A stretch of 64,000 bases of DNA. It comes from Bugula neritina (lineage: Eukaryota; Animalia; Bryozoa). Within the stretch, counting starts at the first letter, position 1. Every line of letters begins with the position of its first letter. Shown one piece after another: positions 14,750 through 28,016 of the stretch. The notes beneath the pieces are model-generated. The model worked only from the letters and a program-made list of their open reading frames with translations. It was not told where the DNA came from and made no database searches. A program made the translations under genes and the position numbers. The DNA lies in NCBI GenBank assembly GCA_964035545.1, contig OZ037769.1:4259929-4323928 (forward strand), written 5' to 3'.

Positions 14750-17700
14750 TCAAGAGTTGGAGTTTTTCGGAACGATACGTCTCGTAAAATTCACAGGAAA
14801 AACTCCTTTCCGGCCAGTCTTCTTGTTGCAACCCATCAGCCATCCCTCGTCCTCGTCGTCAGGGTCCTCAAAACTTATAACTTCAATGATCTCTCCGATC
14901 TCCAGTGACAATTCATCCTCGTCCTCTGCAGTGTAGTTGTGAGTCACCAACACCTACACATAATAGTGATTGATACAACATTATTATATGCTATACTTTA
15001 GGCTGTAGAGGACACAACTTCCATCATACTATTATATGCTGTACTATATGCTGTAGAGGACACAACTCTTACTAGAGTACTACATGCTAGGCCACCAGCA
15101 AGCTGTGGAGTGTGAACACTATTACAGTATTATATTATGCTTCACCAAGCTGCGCAGTTTGCAAGGCAAACCTGCTGTCTTAACTGTGCATTTACCACAA
15201 ATCTTATTTAACTTTTCAGCTTATTTGGTAACATTAATACACCTTCAAATGGTTTAAATGATCTGGGGTTGCGTTCACTGGTTTTGCCTGGACATGATTA
15301 CCACTATTTCAGTTTTTAATATAATTATTTTTAAATTGAGCAAACATTTTTTTAGTCAAATTTTAGGACACTGAATGGGCCAACTTAACTTATTTAGTGC
15401 TGCAAAACACCAGCAATAAAAGAATGGGGTGCTGCCATCAATTTCACAGTCGCAAAAAACCACACAAATTCAATTAGAAAAAAAATTTCTCTTTCTGTTG
15501 AGGCAGTGCCGCAGTAAATGAACGGGCAAATTCTATTGGTCAGAAAGCAATAAATTCAGGCAGAAAATTTACAAAGCCTGTTACAAAAAGTAGTTTATAT
15601 TACAATCTAGCATACACACAATATACTCAATCATATATGCTGAGTCATACCTGCTGTCCGGCAGCGATTTCCTTCTCAGACGTAGATTCTGTTTCCAAGT
15701 CAGCTGCAGTCTCTACATTCTGGTAGAGAGAAGCTTCGTCATCCTTAGTCTTACTTGAGACTATAAAAATCAGAGAATATTGTATAGTCTGAGAGAGCAG
15801 CCTGCATACAATGTTCATAGACTACTAGAATGATATACTGTGACGGCACACTGAGCGTAACTTTATAGTTCGTAAAAGCTAATGACTGTCATGCAATAAC
15901 CATAAACAATATGAAATATTAAATTCCTAATATTATAATAGCAAAGTATAACAAATGGTGCAATGAGAAAAATACGCAACTTGTAGAAGTTGTCCTACCA
16001 TTTGCTGCGTGACTGTCATCTGTTACTATGGCTTCAGCCAAAAGAATTGTCTCCCCATCGTCGGAGCTTCGTCTACGTTCAGAATTCTGTGACTGATGAG
16101 GGAAAGTCTAGACGTGCGAATAACAAACAATGTCAAGAATTACGACCATTCTCACGTTAGTGATGATGTCACCATGGCAAGAAACAAATACACAGCCTGT
16201 GATGTGAGGCAACTGTAGAGTGTCAAAACCAAAAAAAAGACATTCTGTATGATTGAAACTAGTGCAATGCATGGACAGATAATATAGGTGTTAATTGGAT
16301 ACTAAAAAGTTATGTGATTATAAAGACTCAGTATGTAACATTAACAGACAGATTGTCAAGTTTTTACACCAAATGGTAATCGATTAAAAAATTGTCAAAT
16401 GTAAAGATTTGAACCAAAAAGTATTCGATTAACAAAAGACTTAAATTTTCCATGAACAGAAAAAATATATCTTGGAAAAAAAAACAGGATAGAAGATGAA
16501 ACGTCTCAACAGACTGTATGACATAATAAAACAATGTGAGTGCAGACAACAAGCTCACGTAGGGACACGCTGGGACATACTATGTCAAGGGAAACCCACC
16601 TCGGTTGATTGACAGAGAGTGACAGGGTGTGCAGGTGACAAGCTAGGGTGCACTGTGGGGTGACACTGAGCAGCAGGTGAGTTAGCAGAAAGCACAGATT
16701 TAGGGAGAGCAGCTACGTCCATTGCAACATAACTATCATCATCTAGCTGCACATACACATTAGCAGAATATAGGAGCAGTTCAATATTATTTAGCACTTG
16801 GAGTTGTCTTCACGTTAGACACTAGTTCTATGAACAAGACTAAAGAAAGAAAATGGAGATCTCAAACACAGTATAAGATGGTTTTCTACTCGGCAACAAT
16901 CTATACATGGAAGCAGGAAACTGGCAAGTTACCCTTTGATTTGAATGTGTCTGATGGTTGCCGTCATCAACGTCTGAATATTCGTTCTCAGAAAACTCTG
17001 CCGGTTTATTTGCCGTTGAACTGTCGCCTGCAGATCACAGGAAATACTAGTATTCAAAGCACAGTTTGATATAACACAGTCACTATAATATAATTATTTG
17101 CAGAATTGATTACATTTAATGATAAAGTAAATGATAACTAAATACAAAATATCCTTAGAAATATGAAGATAACATCTCCAATCCAAAATTATTCCTACAA
17201 TGATCAGTTGCATCACCAGCAGAATATAACGCAGATTAAGAGAAAGGATTCGAAACACATCATTGCATACACTCACTATACATGTATTATACTATATGGT
17301 AAATATACAGCAGCCACTATACATGTACTATACTATATGGTAAATATACAGCAGCCATTATACATGTATTATACTGTATGATAAATATAAAACAGTCATA
17401 TTATGTACTATACTACATGGTCACTATACAGTATTATACTATCTGGTAAATATACAGCGGGGGTGTAACTATTTATAGCTTTCCATACACATCATACTTC
17501 AGCCTGAGCACTGTATATTGTTATAAATTTGTGACATTCAAATGCATTACATCATTACTGCGTTTCCATTGCTTTGCATCCTGCGAATGGATTTTTCATT
17601 CGATGCATGGGAACAGGTTTAACGAATGAAACCATAGCCATAAGTTCATGGAAACCGGAACTACAAATCATAAGTGCGGATCCATTCGCAGCAATGAAAG

Positions 17701-20700
17701 CAGTGTACAGAAGATTGTATGTAGAAAACCTACGTGTTGAAAGATTGAGCTCAGGCTGGTCTGTGATAGAATTGTGAGTATAAGAAGTCACATTTGATTG
17801 GCTACTTTCTTTCGATACTGTTTCCATCAGTTCGCGCAACTCATCCGTTATCTGAGATAAAAACAGCTTTGATAAGCAGTTTCCAAATTGAAAATTTATC
17901 GGCAAGCAACAAATAGACCTAAACTCAAATGCTGAGCACCAGGGGAAACGTGATGTTGGTTGGAGGTCAAGCATAACTGTGAATATTAACCGTCTTTGTT
18001 TACGATATTAGTCATGATGAAAACATCCAAACTTTTTTTGCTATTAACAAGAATCAGTAAATAATGTAAAAACACGTTCATAAAATAAGCAGTATAATGT
18101 CTACCTGACACAATACAGTTCAGTGTAGAATATATAAACATACTTTCCCTGTCTCTAAGTGATAGGTGGTCTCTGTAGAATAAAGCCTGCTCAGATTAGA
18201 GGCTATAAAGTCGATTCTATATTTGTAGAACTTGGGCAATTCTTTGTGTAGTTCTGTGTTTAAACTGTTGTACATTCGCTCAGCTTCCTGTAAGCTCTCG
18301 GAGGCCTAAGACAAGGAAATGGTGCAGATATTACTTTCTCACACCATACAGGCAAATCATTTCACATTACTCAATACACAAATCATACAACACTGCATAT
18401 AATATTATGTATTTGATAAAATAACATATAATACACACGCGACACAATAATACATATAAGAATATATATTATATAACACAGCAACAGATATAAAAACACA
18501 CATATACAATATTACACATAAAATACAAAAATACATAATATATGATACAATAATACACATATGATACAATAGGAATTCATATATAATAAAAAAATTAAAT
18601 GATGAGCAACTAAAAACACATCCATGATAAAAAACATAGAATACCTACAATAGCCAACATACATCGAGATTATAAAATGAAACGACAGGAAGTTTGAGAT
18701 AACAGACCAGATTACCTTACCCGGGATATCCTAATATCATCTGGTTTCTTAGCATTGCATGCAGAATCATAGCTGTGTTTGGCATCGTCATAGTCTAGAA
18801 GCTTCCTTCTCCATTTACTGATCTTCTCTTTCATTGGATTAAAGAGTTCTACATATGTGTGAAGGTCAGAGGTCACTCGTTCTAGCAGTTCAGCCTCATA
18901 GTTACATTGTAGCATGTCTAGTGACTGAAACAGTTACATCGAGGGCTTTTAATTTTGCAAAAAAAACAGTTTTTTATTGTTGCAAGACCCCCTCTCAACC
19001 TTTTCTCATGAATATTGGGACTCCGCACATGAAATTATCCCCAAATAGTGAATTTTCATGAATTTTGAACCATTTTCAACCATTAGTCCTAATCTGCTGA
19101 TGTGAACTAAACAAAGTGGAATGACCAGTGTAGGCTGTCCAGTGACTGAAGTAAAGCAACTGAATAATGAGTGAAGAAAGAAATTAAAGTTTCAGTAAGT
19201 GAAAGGAATCCCATTGTGTAGAATGATATTAGATAATCACAGCACTGCAACAAGCAATATAAACATGCCGTGAATATAATAATGCAATAATATAATAATA
19301 CAATAATATAACAATGCAATAATATAATAATACAATAACATAACAATAATATAATAATACAATAACATAACAATGCAATAATATAATAATACAATAACAT
19401 AACAATGCAATAATATAATAATACAATAACATAACAATGCAATAATATAATAATACAATAACATAACAATGCAATAATATAATAATGCAGTACTAAAAGA
19501 ACGAAATAATATAACCATGCAATAATGCAATAATATAACAGTATACTCCCATTAGGTAAATACTAGACTAACAAAAACATGTTCTAGTGTCTAGTATGAA
19601 AGACTATAACAGAAGAATCACTAACCCTGATGGAAGAGTCAACAGTGTCCAGTTCAATCCATTCAGATTCACACGCCTCTTTAATCACTGAATATAAATT
19701 CTTAGATGCTGTGGTCATCGCTGTAGATTATTAATACAATATAAAGTAACATACTATATAAAACTTAATGTACATAATATGCTGTATAATACATACTAGA
19801 TGATATAAATTATAACATAAAGTAGAAACCATGCTGTATAACATAATGAACATATAATATATTCAAGATAAAAGCACTAGATGCTTGACCACATAAATTA
19901 TAGCATATACAGTATATAAACTACAGTAAAACATACAGAGTAGATAATTTACAGTACAACGTATACAGTAGATAATATACAATGCAATGTCTACAGTAGA
20001 TAATTTACAGTATAATGTATACAGTAAAGAATATACAGTATAACGTATACAGTAAAGAATATACATTATTATGTATACAGTAGATATTATACAGTAAAAC
20101 ATACACAGTAGATATTATACAATGCAAACAACACATTTAATATACCTTTAACACAGGTGACGTAATGCTTCATTTCTTTATGTAGCTTGCATGCCATTGT
20201 CTATAATCAAAAATGTATCATGCAAGCAATTGAAACACTATAGCATCACAAGTACACAATTGACAAGCTGCATGGAATAATAGCATAAGAAAACGAGGTC
20301 AAATAAACTATGACATTGAATGAAAGACTTTCCGGGCACATACCCAACATTTAATAGGTTGCTACTCTAAATAGCCTCTGGTCCATCAACTGATTGTTTA
20401 AAAAACCTGAATAGTTATTTTAGTGTCAAATTGTTGAAAATAATTGTTTATATACAAACAATAGACAGCCTTTGCTAAAGATGCTGATATGTAACTAGTT
20501 TTAAATTGTGTTAGCAGTTGAATAACACAAGTTGAATTACATTAAAACACCTGGTGTGGTGTATATTCAACACCTGAACATATCATATCTTCCACACTGT
20601 GTGTTAGATAGATAGCCTACACTGAGTAAGCTTGGCCAAATAACAAAACTTTTCACTCCAACCTTACTATTTCTTATCAAATATTTGAAGTAACAGTTAT

Positions 20701-22121
20701 TTAATGCTAGAGAGAGCAATTAGAAGGCGATGACCTATGGTTGACCTTCAGTGACCATTTAAATGACTGGTTATGCCACTCGAGCATTAGTACTCAAACA
20801 GCTAGTTGACAGTGTAAAGCAGGGCTGTCCAACAGGCGGCCCTAGGGCCGGATGTGGCCCCCAGCCTACATTTATGTGGCCCTCGAAGGCATAAAGCTAA
20901 AATAATTTTTCCCTGTTTACATGAATTAAAGTGAAAAGCCACTTTTTAAATGCCTTATTTATACAAATAACACAAAAAATGCAGCTGGCAGTAACTATTG
21001 AGACTTAATTGTGTAATGATTCATAAAGTTTTGGAATAAAGTAGTTTGAAAAATACTGATGCTGTGGCCCCCAGCACAAGCTGAAGCTTACAATGTGGCC
21101 CTCACCATGAAATATTTCATTTCTGTGGCCCTCCGTTTGAAAAGGTTGGACACCCCTGGTGTAAAGAGTAGCTGCTGTTTGCAGTATGTATATCAGTCTA
21201 AGACCCTAACAATAGACTGAGTACAGCCTACAAAACATTACCTGCTGCCTGTTAAAGTTGGCTACATGTTCCTCAAACTGTTCATCAGTAGTTCGGTCAG
21301 CTTTGCCAAGATTCTGCAAAACCTGAAAGAAGTAACTTTAACCTTTAACCTTAACTCAATGTGAAGGAAACCCAAAAAATATTCAATACTGAAAAACCAA
21401 AGGAAAAGCAAAGCATAAGTTGATAAGTTGAAACACCAAAACAATTGACTTGCTAAAAGAAAAATTACAAAAATAATAAAGTTCAATAGTTTAGAACACT
21501 TAGAAATGCATTAAAGTTTTATTAGCTATTACTTAAACTTTGATTGCCAAAATTGTACATTTTTGGTTTACAATACTACAAAAGATAATCACAATACTAA
21601 ACTTGTTTTGAACAAATAACGTGACTAAACAATTCAAATATGTATGCATGTGGCCTTATAATAAAAAGTCATCACAACACATCTTTGCATGTGGATATAG
21701 ATACTAACTGGCATGCATTGGTACAAATTCTTGATCTAAATAAAATTTCTATCCTACCTAAACAATAGCTGAAGTCAACAAAATGGCGTGCAATAGAATG
21801 GCTTTGTTTAAAAGATGCTTACAATAAAACAAAATCAAGATTAAAAGCTTACAAGAATAATTTAAACTGTGCAGATAAGCATGAAAAAGCATCCAGTTAA
21901 TAAATTTACAACTATTTTCCAAGACTATGCAAGTTATAAAACATATGTTGATAAAAAATACTTCTTTAAGCATACTCTCTGTGCGACGACAGAATATCAT
22001 TAACTAAATAAATTAGAACTGTTTCAATATAGAGTACATCTGTCAACAAAATTCATACCTTTGCTTTTGTCCTGTTGAGTGTTTTCTGAAAAGCTTTGGC
22101 AAATGCACCTTTATGCTCCAT
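14750..22121 (-). CDS. Amph: Amphiphysin/BIN1-like N-BAR + SH3 protein (~480 aa, 12 coding exons)
   Basis: Exons (minus): 22121-22059, 21322-21242, 20200-20146, 19720-19626, 18924-18721, 18305-18144, 17851-17734, 17027-16933, 16746-16600, 16107-15999, 15760-15651, 14953-14750 = 1443 nt. N-BAR start [48 protein letters not shown]; BAR motifs RKLLDYDDAKH and LNTELHKELP; C-terminal SH3 HNYTAEDEDELSL...DEGWLMG...GVFPVNFT. The linker exons are less certain. Confidence 0.9.
19270..19540. repeat. ~32-bp AAT/AAC-rich minisatellite in an amphiphysin intron
   Basis: Unit ATATAATAATACAATAACATAACAATGCAATA repeated. Confidence 0.85.
20820..21158. mobile_element. Non-autonomous hAT (Charlie/SPIN-like) MITE, 339 bp
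   Basis: TIRs CAGGGCTGTCCAAC / GTTGGACACCCCTG, a perfect 8-bp TSD GTGTAAAG (20812-20819, 21159-21166) and repeated internal TGTGGCCC motifs. Confidence 0.92.
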
Positions 22122-22399
22122 TTTCTAAGTCTAAAATATTATTTTATATGTTATATCTTATATTGTATGTAGCCTTCCTAAGCATAGTTACTAAGCAAGA
22201 CAGGTACTAGCCTCTCAGCAATGTGTATTTTAGATACAAACATTAAATTAATTACTCTAAGACAAATCACATCACTGAATTAGTACATATTGATATTCAT
22301 ATTAATTTCATAGAGTTGATACTTACATTATATACTAATATGAAAAGTAATTTGATACTGAGCATGAACAGACTGTTTAATATTTGCATACATTCACAA

Positions 22400-23330
22400 C
22401 TGGAGAACTGGATTTAAGATGTTTTAACAGATATAAAACAAAAAGTAGAACTTATTGAAGAAAAATTTTCGTCAGAGTTAGAAGTGACCTCAGGGGTTCC
22501 ACAAGGTTCAGTCCGAGGTCGAACACTATTTTTAATATACATTGATAATTTTCCACTAAAGTTGAACTGCAGTTTAAGCCTTTATGCCAATAATACGCTA
22601 CTGTATCAGGCTGTTGATACAAAGGAAGATGCTATAAGATTTCAGGACAACATTAATGCCGCACACAAATGGTCAGTTGATTGGAAAATGCCTTTCAACA
22701 AAAGTAAATGCAAAATCATGGCTTATGGCAATCAAAATTACAGAGCTAGGAAAGGTAGAGGTGAATTGGGTAGAGGCAACAAAATACCTGGGGTTATAAT
22801 GTAGTCAAACTTTAAATTTGATCAGCATACTACACTTAAAAAGATAAAGCCTCAGAAATTATGAGAGCAATTAAACACGTTCTACTTAAGGCCCCCAGAG
22901 AAGGTAAGCTACTGGCTTACGCTAGTCTGTGCCTTCCTATTCTTAAGTACACAGAAACTGTGTGGGATCCAACATTAGCTAAAAATAGGGAGTCTCTGGA
23001 AATGTGACAACACAGGGTGGTTAGATTTATTGTTATATTTAAGGGACGAGAAAGTGTCACCGAGGCATGCTCTCAGCTTAGCCTCCATCCTCTTAAACAA
23101 AGATACAGGACTCACCAACTTCATCTGCTCATGAACATTTTGCAGGAAGAAAAACACTCAACGCTTACAATGGCATATGATTGCACAAGATTGTCAAAAC
23201 AGGGCAATAACCACTAGGTTTGCTGTTGCGGTGAACTAACATTCATATATCAAAACTTACAAGCATATGCCTACCATGGTAGTTTCTTACCAGAAACATT
23301 AGAGACATCAGAGGGTCAAAAAATACACAC
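22400..23330 (+). mobile_element. Degenerate 5'-truncated non-LTR retrotransposon RT fragment (CR1/L2/Jockey-group-like)
   Basis: VTSGVPQGSVRGRTLFLIYIDNFP...SLYANNTLLY (decayed GVPQGSVLGP and YADD)...WKMPFNKSKC, then frameshifted KYLGV, AYASLC and VWDP motifs with stops. Confidence 0.85.
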
Positions 23331-25634
23331 GATTACCACCTAACCTTTACTTTTTAGTCTACACTGTAAAACGAATGAGGCACTTTGAGTGTTTCCAAGT
23401 ATTCTATGCATTTAAAAGTATGATAGGCTACTCAAACTCAAAGTAAAAGTTAAATTAAAACAAGTAAATTTAAATTTAATGATTAACTTATTATTTCTTA
23501 TTACATAGTAGTTTATATTTTATAGTATTTTACTTTCAACTTTGAGCATCAAAACAACTACGGGCAAGCTAAAAGTATTAGTATGACTATGGGTATATTT
23601 TTGCTTTCGATTAGTGCTACTATTAGTATTACTATTACTGTAATAGTATTACTATTACTGAGTATTACTATTAGTGTTAGAATTTTAGTTGCAGTGATTA
23701 TCATTATCATTATGGTTATATTTATTCAGTACAAAGTTGAAGAATAAATAAATAAATAATAATTAATAAAAAAATACAAATCTCACTTGAAGTGCAATTA
23801 ATGAGTATGTTTGTTATTAATTTTAAATTAGGATTGTAAATTCAACAAAAAAAATTAACCTGAATTTAGCATTAAATTTGATTGAATTTAAATTTAAATT
23901 TCATCTTTATCTTGACTTCCATTTTCAATAAGTACACAAATTATTGCTTAAAACTCTAGCTTTTAATGCAAAATAAAATAATAAATCAGTAATTTCAATA
24001 TACAGGTGCAATACCATTAGCATTATGATTACACTTATACTTATAGTTATAACAAATAATTATAATTGTTTTTACAGAATCTGCTTTCCTGTTTAAACGT
24101 GAAGGAAGCGGACTCAGAAAAACTAATCTCTATACCAACAATGACTCTAACTTATTAAGTTACTCCGATTGTAAATTTAAAAATAAATATTTTTTAAATC
24201 TAAATAAAATTTTAATAGTATTGGCATGTTTTCAATTTTTTTTTCAAGTTTCATTACAATGAAGATTATACAGTTGTCTAATATCATCACCGCAGCAGGT
24301 AAAATACCACATTATTGGGTAATGGAAAGTAGTAATTGACTGTCTGAACGCTTACTACTAAATTCGAATATTGCTAGAATTAGATCAAAGTCAGTGTGAA
24401 TTCGAATATAATTACTATAAATATATTAGTTATTACCATATGTATATCACACTATGACAGTATGAGTATTTTTCAAATATTTTTACAAACTCTATTGAGT
24501 AATTTAGTAATGCTAATACTAGTATACTAATACTAATAGTAATAGTAATACTAATAGTAATAGTAATAGTAATAATAATTGTGCTTGTTCAGTTGTTGAG
24601 AGTCAGATAAGAATGAGAATCAGAATGACTATCACTATGATACTGACTATCACTATGAGAATATAAAGTTATCAATATTATTATAATTGTAAGTTTGTTT
24701 ACTTTGACTTTCTAAAGTTTTGTTCTGATAGACTTGAGCATTTTTATTTTTACTCTATCCAGAATGAGATTCACACTCACAGTCACTTTCAGTTTCACAC
24801 TCACAATCTTTACAGTTTATATAGGTGCTTGACCTTGCCATTGTCATTGTGATAGTCATTCTGATTCACTGATTGTGATTGCGCTTGCAGATAATACCTG
24901 CACGGAAAGTGATTAGACTACATATACATGCAATTGTTCTTAAATTTCATCAGTTGCTGTATTAGCATACTAATGTCTGATGGTCATACTTTAACTTATA
25001 GTTATAGTGGTGATGGTGATACTCGTATCCATAGTGATATTCGTAGCGATTCTCAATCTCATAGATTTTCACTTAGTTTATTTTGATAGTAAATAGTTCT
25101 ATTGACTATCAATATCACAGTCATACTCATACTTATATTGACACTCGTAATGATAATCATAGGTATGATAATTATATAGTAGTGATAATATTAACATGCT
25201 GAATTCTTCGTCTATGAGTGATGATCATAGGAAAAGTGAATTACCATTAATATTAGTTTAGCGAGATTTATGCTAATAATAACATAATACATACATACTG
25301 CTTTTACTCACGTAGCACCAACTCCAAGGTTTAATATAGCTGCAATGCAATGAAATGTTTTATAGGTCTTTAGATTTGGCACACAAGGTGGAGCTTGCCA
25401 TATTATAGTAAGATTTTATAATTACAAAGGTCCAGTAGAGATTTGTGACTTATTTTAACTTGTTTTCTTTTTAATTTATATGCAGCAGTCGTCTATTTCC
25501 AGCATCCTGATGTTTTTTTGTCAGTATTTGAGAAAAATTTTAAAAATAGCTAGCACAAATTTCATCAAATCATTTACCAAAATTCTCAATTTCAGATGTG
25601 CCAGATTTTGCTATCAATTTTTTCTAGAGTCACA

Positions 25635-26480
25635 ATGAAGCCTCCTGTTAGAGCTAATCGGAGCAATAAATTGTTGCATCAAAATGACAAGACAGAAGAA
25701 ACCGAAAAGAAAGCTAAAGCTCCTAAAAAAGCTAAAAAACCTCAACGGCCAAAATCTGATTTTGAAGATGAAAAATGGAAGTTGAAAGAGAAACGTGCAG
25801 TTTTAGAGGCAATGAAAAATATTAAACATTTTGATAAATCACGTGACCTTATTCACATTCAAAAACGAATTCCAAGACGATCTGTCGAAGAAATCAATAA
25901 ATTTTTGTTGGAGTTATCAGCCGAGAAAAACAAGCGATTAGAACGGCAAAAAGAAGAGTTTGACAAAACATATCTCAAGCAGTGGATTACATGCTGTGAT
26001 AGTCAATCTGGCTTAAGCTCCACTTGTTCTGAAGCTGGTGATGGTACAATTGGGAGCCCCCATCCAGCATTAGCATTGTCAGAAGTTATGAACAGGAAAA
26101 ATACTCAAGTGCCACAAGTGATCATCAAACACGACAAACTCACGTGTAATTTAGGCAAAGTCTATGCATTTATAGAATGCTTCCTTGCAGATAGAGACCC
26201 TTTTGATAATTGGTCTAGTGACTCTCAAATGGAATCAGCAGTGCTCATTGAATTAATGAATGACCTGCAGCGAGATGTAAGCAGCTGTTCATTCGACAAA
26301 CAACATGAACACTTTTTCAACAAGTTTCGAGAAACCAAGAAACTGCCAATCTCTGATCACGTTTTTGAAAATCCCTTTCCGAATGATGTTTGTGAATCTA
26401 AATATTTCAATCCTTTAGGCCTTACCAAAGAGTTGCTCCAGTGTGTTGAATACCAACAGGTGCCCAGCAATTCTGACTAA
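25635..26480 (+). CDS. SNAPC2: snRNA-activating protein complex subunit 2 (SNAP45)-like, single coding exon
   Basis: The 294-aa ORF 25596-26480, likely starting at MKPPVR (25635). Motifs are collinear with SNAPC2 as I recall it: MKPP.R, W..KEKR.VL, RRSVEEI..FL, KVYAFI, ESAVLIELM..L, NP..L..ELL. Recognition from memory, not from a search. Confidence 0.75.
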   Translation: MKPPVRANRSNKLLHQNDKTEETEKKAKAPKKAKKPQRPKSDFEDEKWKLKEKRAVLEAMKNIKHFDKSRDLIHIQKRIPRRSVEEINKFLLELSAEKNKRLERQKEEFDKTYLKQWITCCDSQSGLSSTCSEAGDGTIGSPHPALALSEVMNRKNTQVPQVIIKHDKLTCNLGKVYAFIECFLADRDPFDNWSSDSQMESAVLIELMNDLQRDVSSCSFDKQHEHFFNKFRETKKLPISDHVFENPFPNDVCESKYFNPLGLTKELLQCVEYQQVPSNSD

Positions 26481-28016
26481 AATTGCATTGTATTCCTTAG
26501 CTTATCCTACAATAAAAGTTTCACATACTCACTATACATTTTTTCATGCTTGTTAAATTTGTATTTGCTCTTATTTTTATTTCATATTTGCTTTCTTCCC
26601 ATTACTGGAGCAGTCATCTCTATTTTGTAAACGGAACTATTAATGCAATATTTTATCTATCATCAATTTAAATAAAACACTCACTGTCTAGGACCTAAGT
26701 AGGAATTCAATACTTGATTATGATAGTTCCTTTTTATCAATTAAATTATAAAACAATTGTTGAATTATTGGATACCTTGAAATTGAACTCTTCAGTTGAT
26801 ACACAAAAATCAACTGTTTTGAAGCTGCAAAGTCTGAAAACTAGTGTGATTATGCTGAATAACTTGGGATATATAAGAGGTTTCTGTTAGCAATGTTTGG
26901 TGAAGTTATGCCAGAGCTTGCGGATAGACTTCCAGTTGTTTGAGGAATAAAAGTTGCTCTCACATGCATCCAAAAACAAATTAATACCATGAGCCGCATG
27001 CACCCTCACAACTGAAGAAACTAATGACCCTCGAATTTAGGTACAGCTAGTAGAGAAATTGAAATAACTTAGCTATTAAATTGTAATAAATGTTAGTTTT
27101 GCGCACGCTTTACCGTGGTTGAAACTCTCATGAGAACATAACTTCTCATGCTAATCTAAAACACATTATACAAGATAATAATTATATGCATACCAAGAAT
27201 AATCCTACAATGCAGGCATTGCTATGCATACACGTGATCATCTCACGAGATCACAGGTTGTAAAATAATTCACTGCACAGACCATTGTTTTGTAATTGTT
27301 GCTGAGGCACACATACCTGACAGAGACTGAGGTAACTGAGGTTTAAGTATCACTACTGAGTTATATAGTGTAGATCTAGCAAGACTAAATATATTAATCA
27401 ACCGTTAATTGTTCGAAAAGATGCTTGCTTTAAACTGCATCCTAACAGCTCCTCAAAACCTCTTCCAGACAGCTGGGTGAAGCTTAGCTGTTACACTTTT
27501 ACTATGGACCTGATGAGTTACAACAATTTTTAAATTACAGTCCAGTAAACAGAGAAAGAATATGTGTATTTTGTTTAGAACCATGTAATGAATGTTGTAT
27601 TTTTGAAGAGATAATGCATTGATAAAATATAATAATATGTGAATGAGTAAATATTAGGGTAAAAGTCTACAGAGTTATATTACAACAGAAAATAATACCA
27701 ACACATTACACAATATGTACAAAAATCATAACCAATGCTAAATACATGTACATAGGATTTCAAGTTGGCAAATAAAGGTTAGCTTTACAACATTACAGTG
27801 TGCCTAGACTATACAATCCATAGAAACAGATTTGGTCAGTAGCTCGAGTGGCATGGCCCTTAATCACTGGTGTTGGAAGACTGAAAACTTCATGCTATTT
27901 GTATCCATGAATTCTATGTCCAGTTGTAAAATTAAGGCATGCATTGATCATGTCCAGTAAGTGCTTGTGTATGACAAAGAGCAATATGTGTACAGGAAGG
28001 AGTGGAGAAAATGTGT

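Noticed and set aside
22484-23217. Functional reverse transcriptase
   Set aside because: The catalytic YADD is mutated to YANN, with multiple frameshifts, stops and a 5' truncation.
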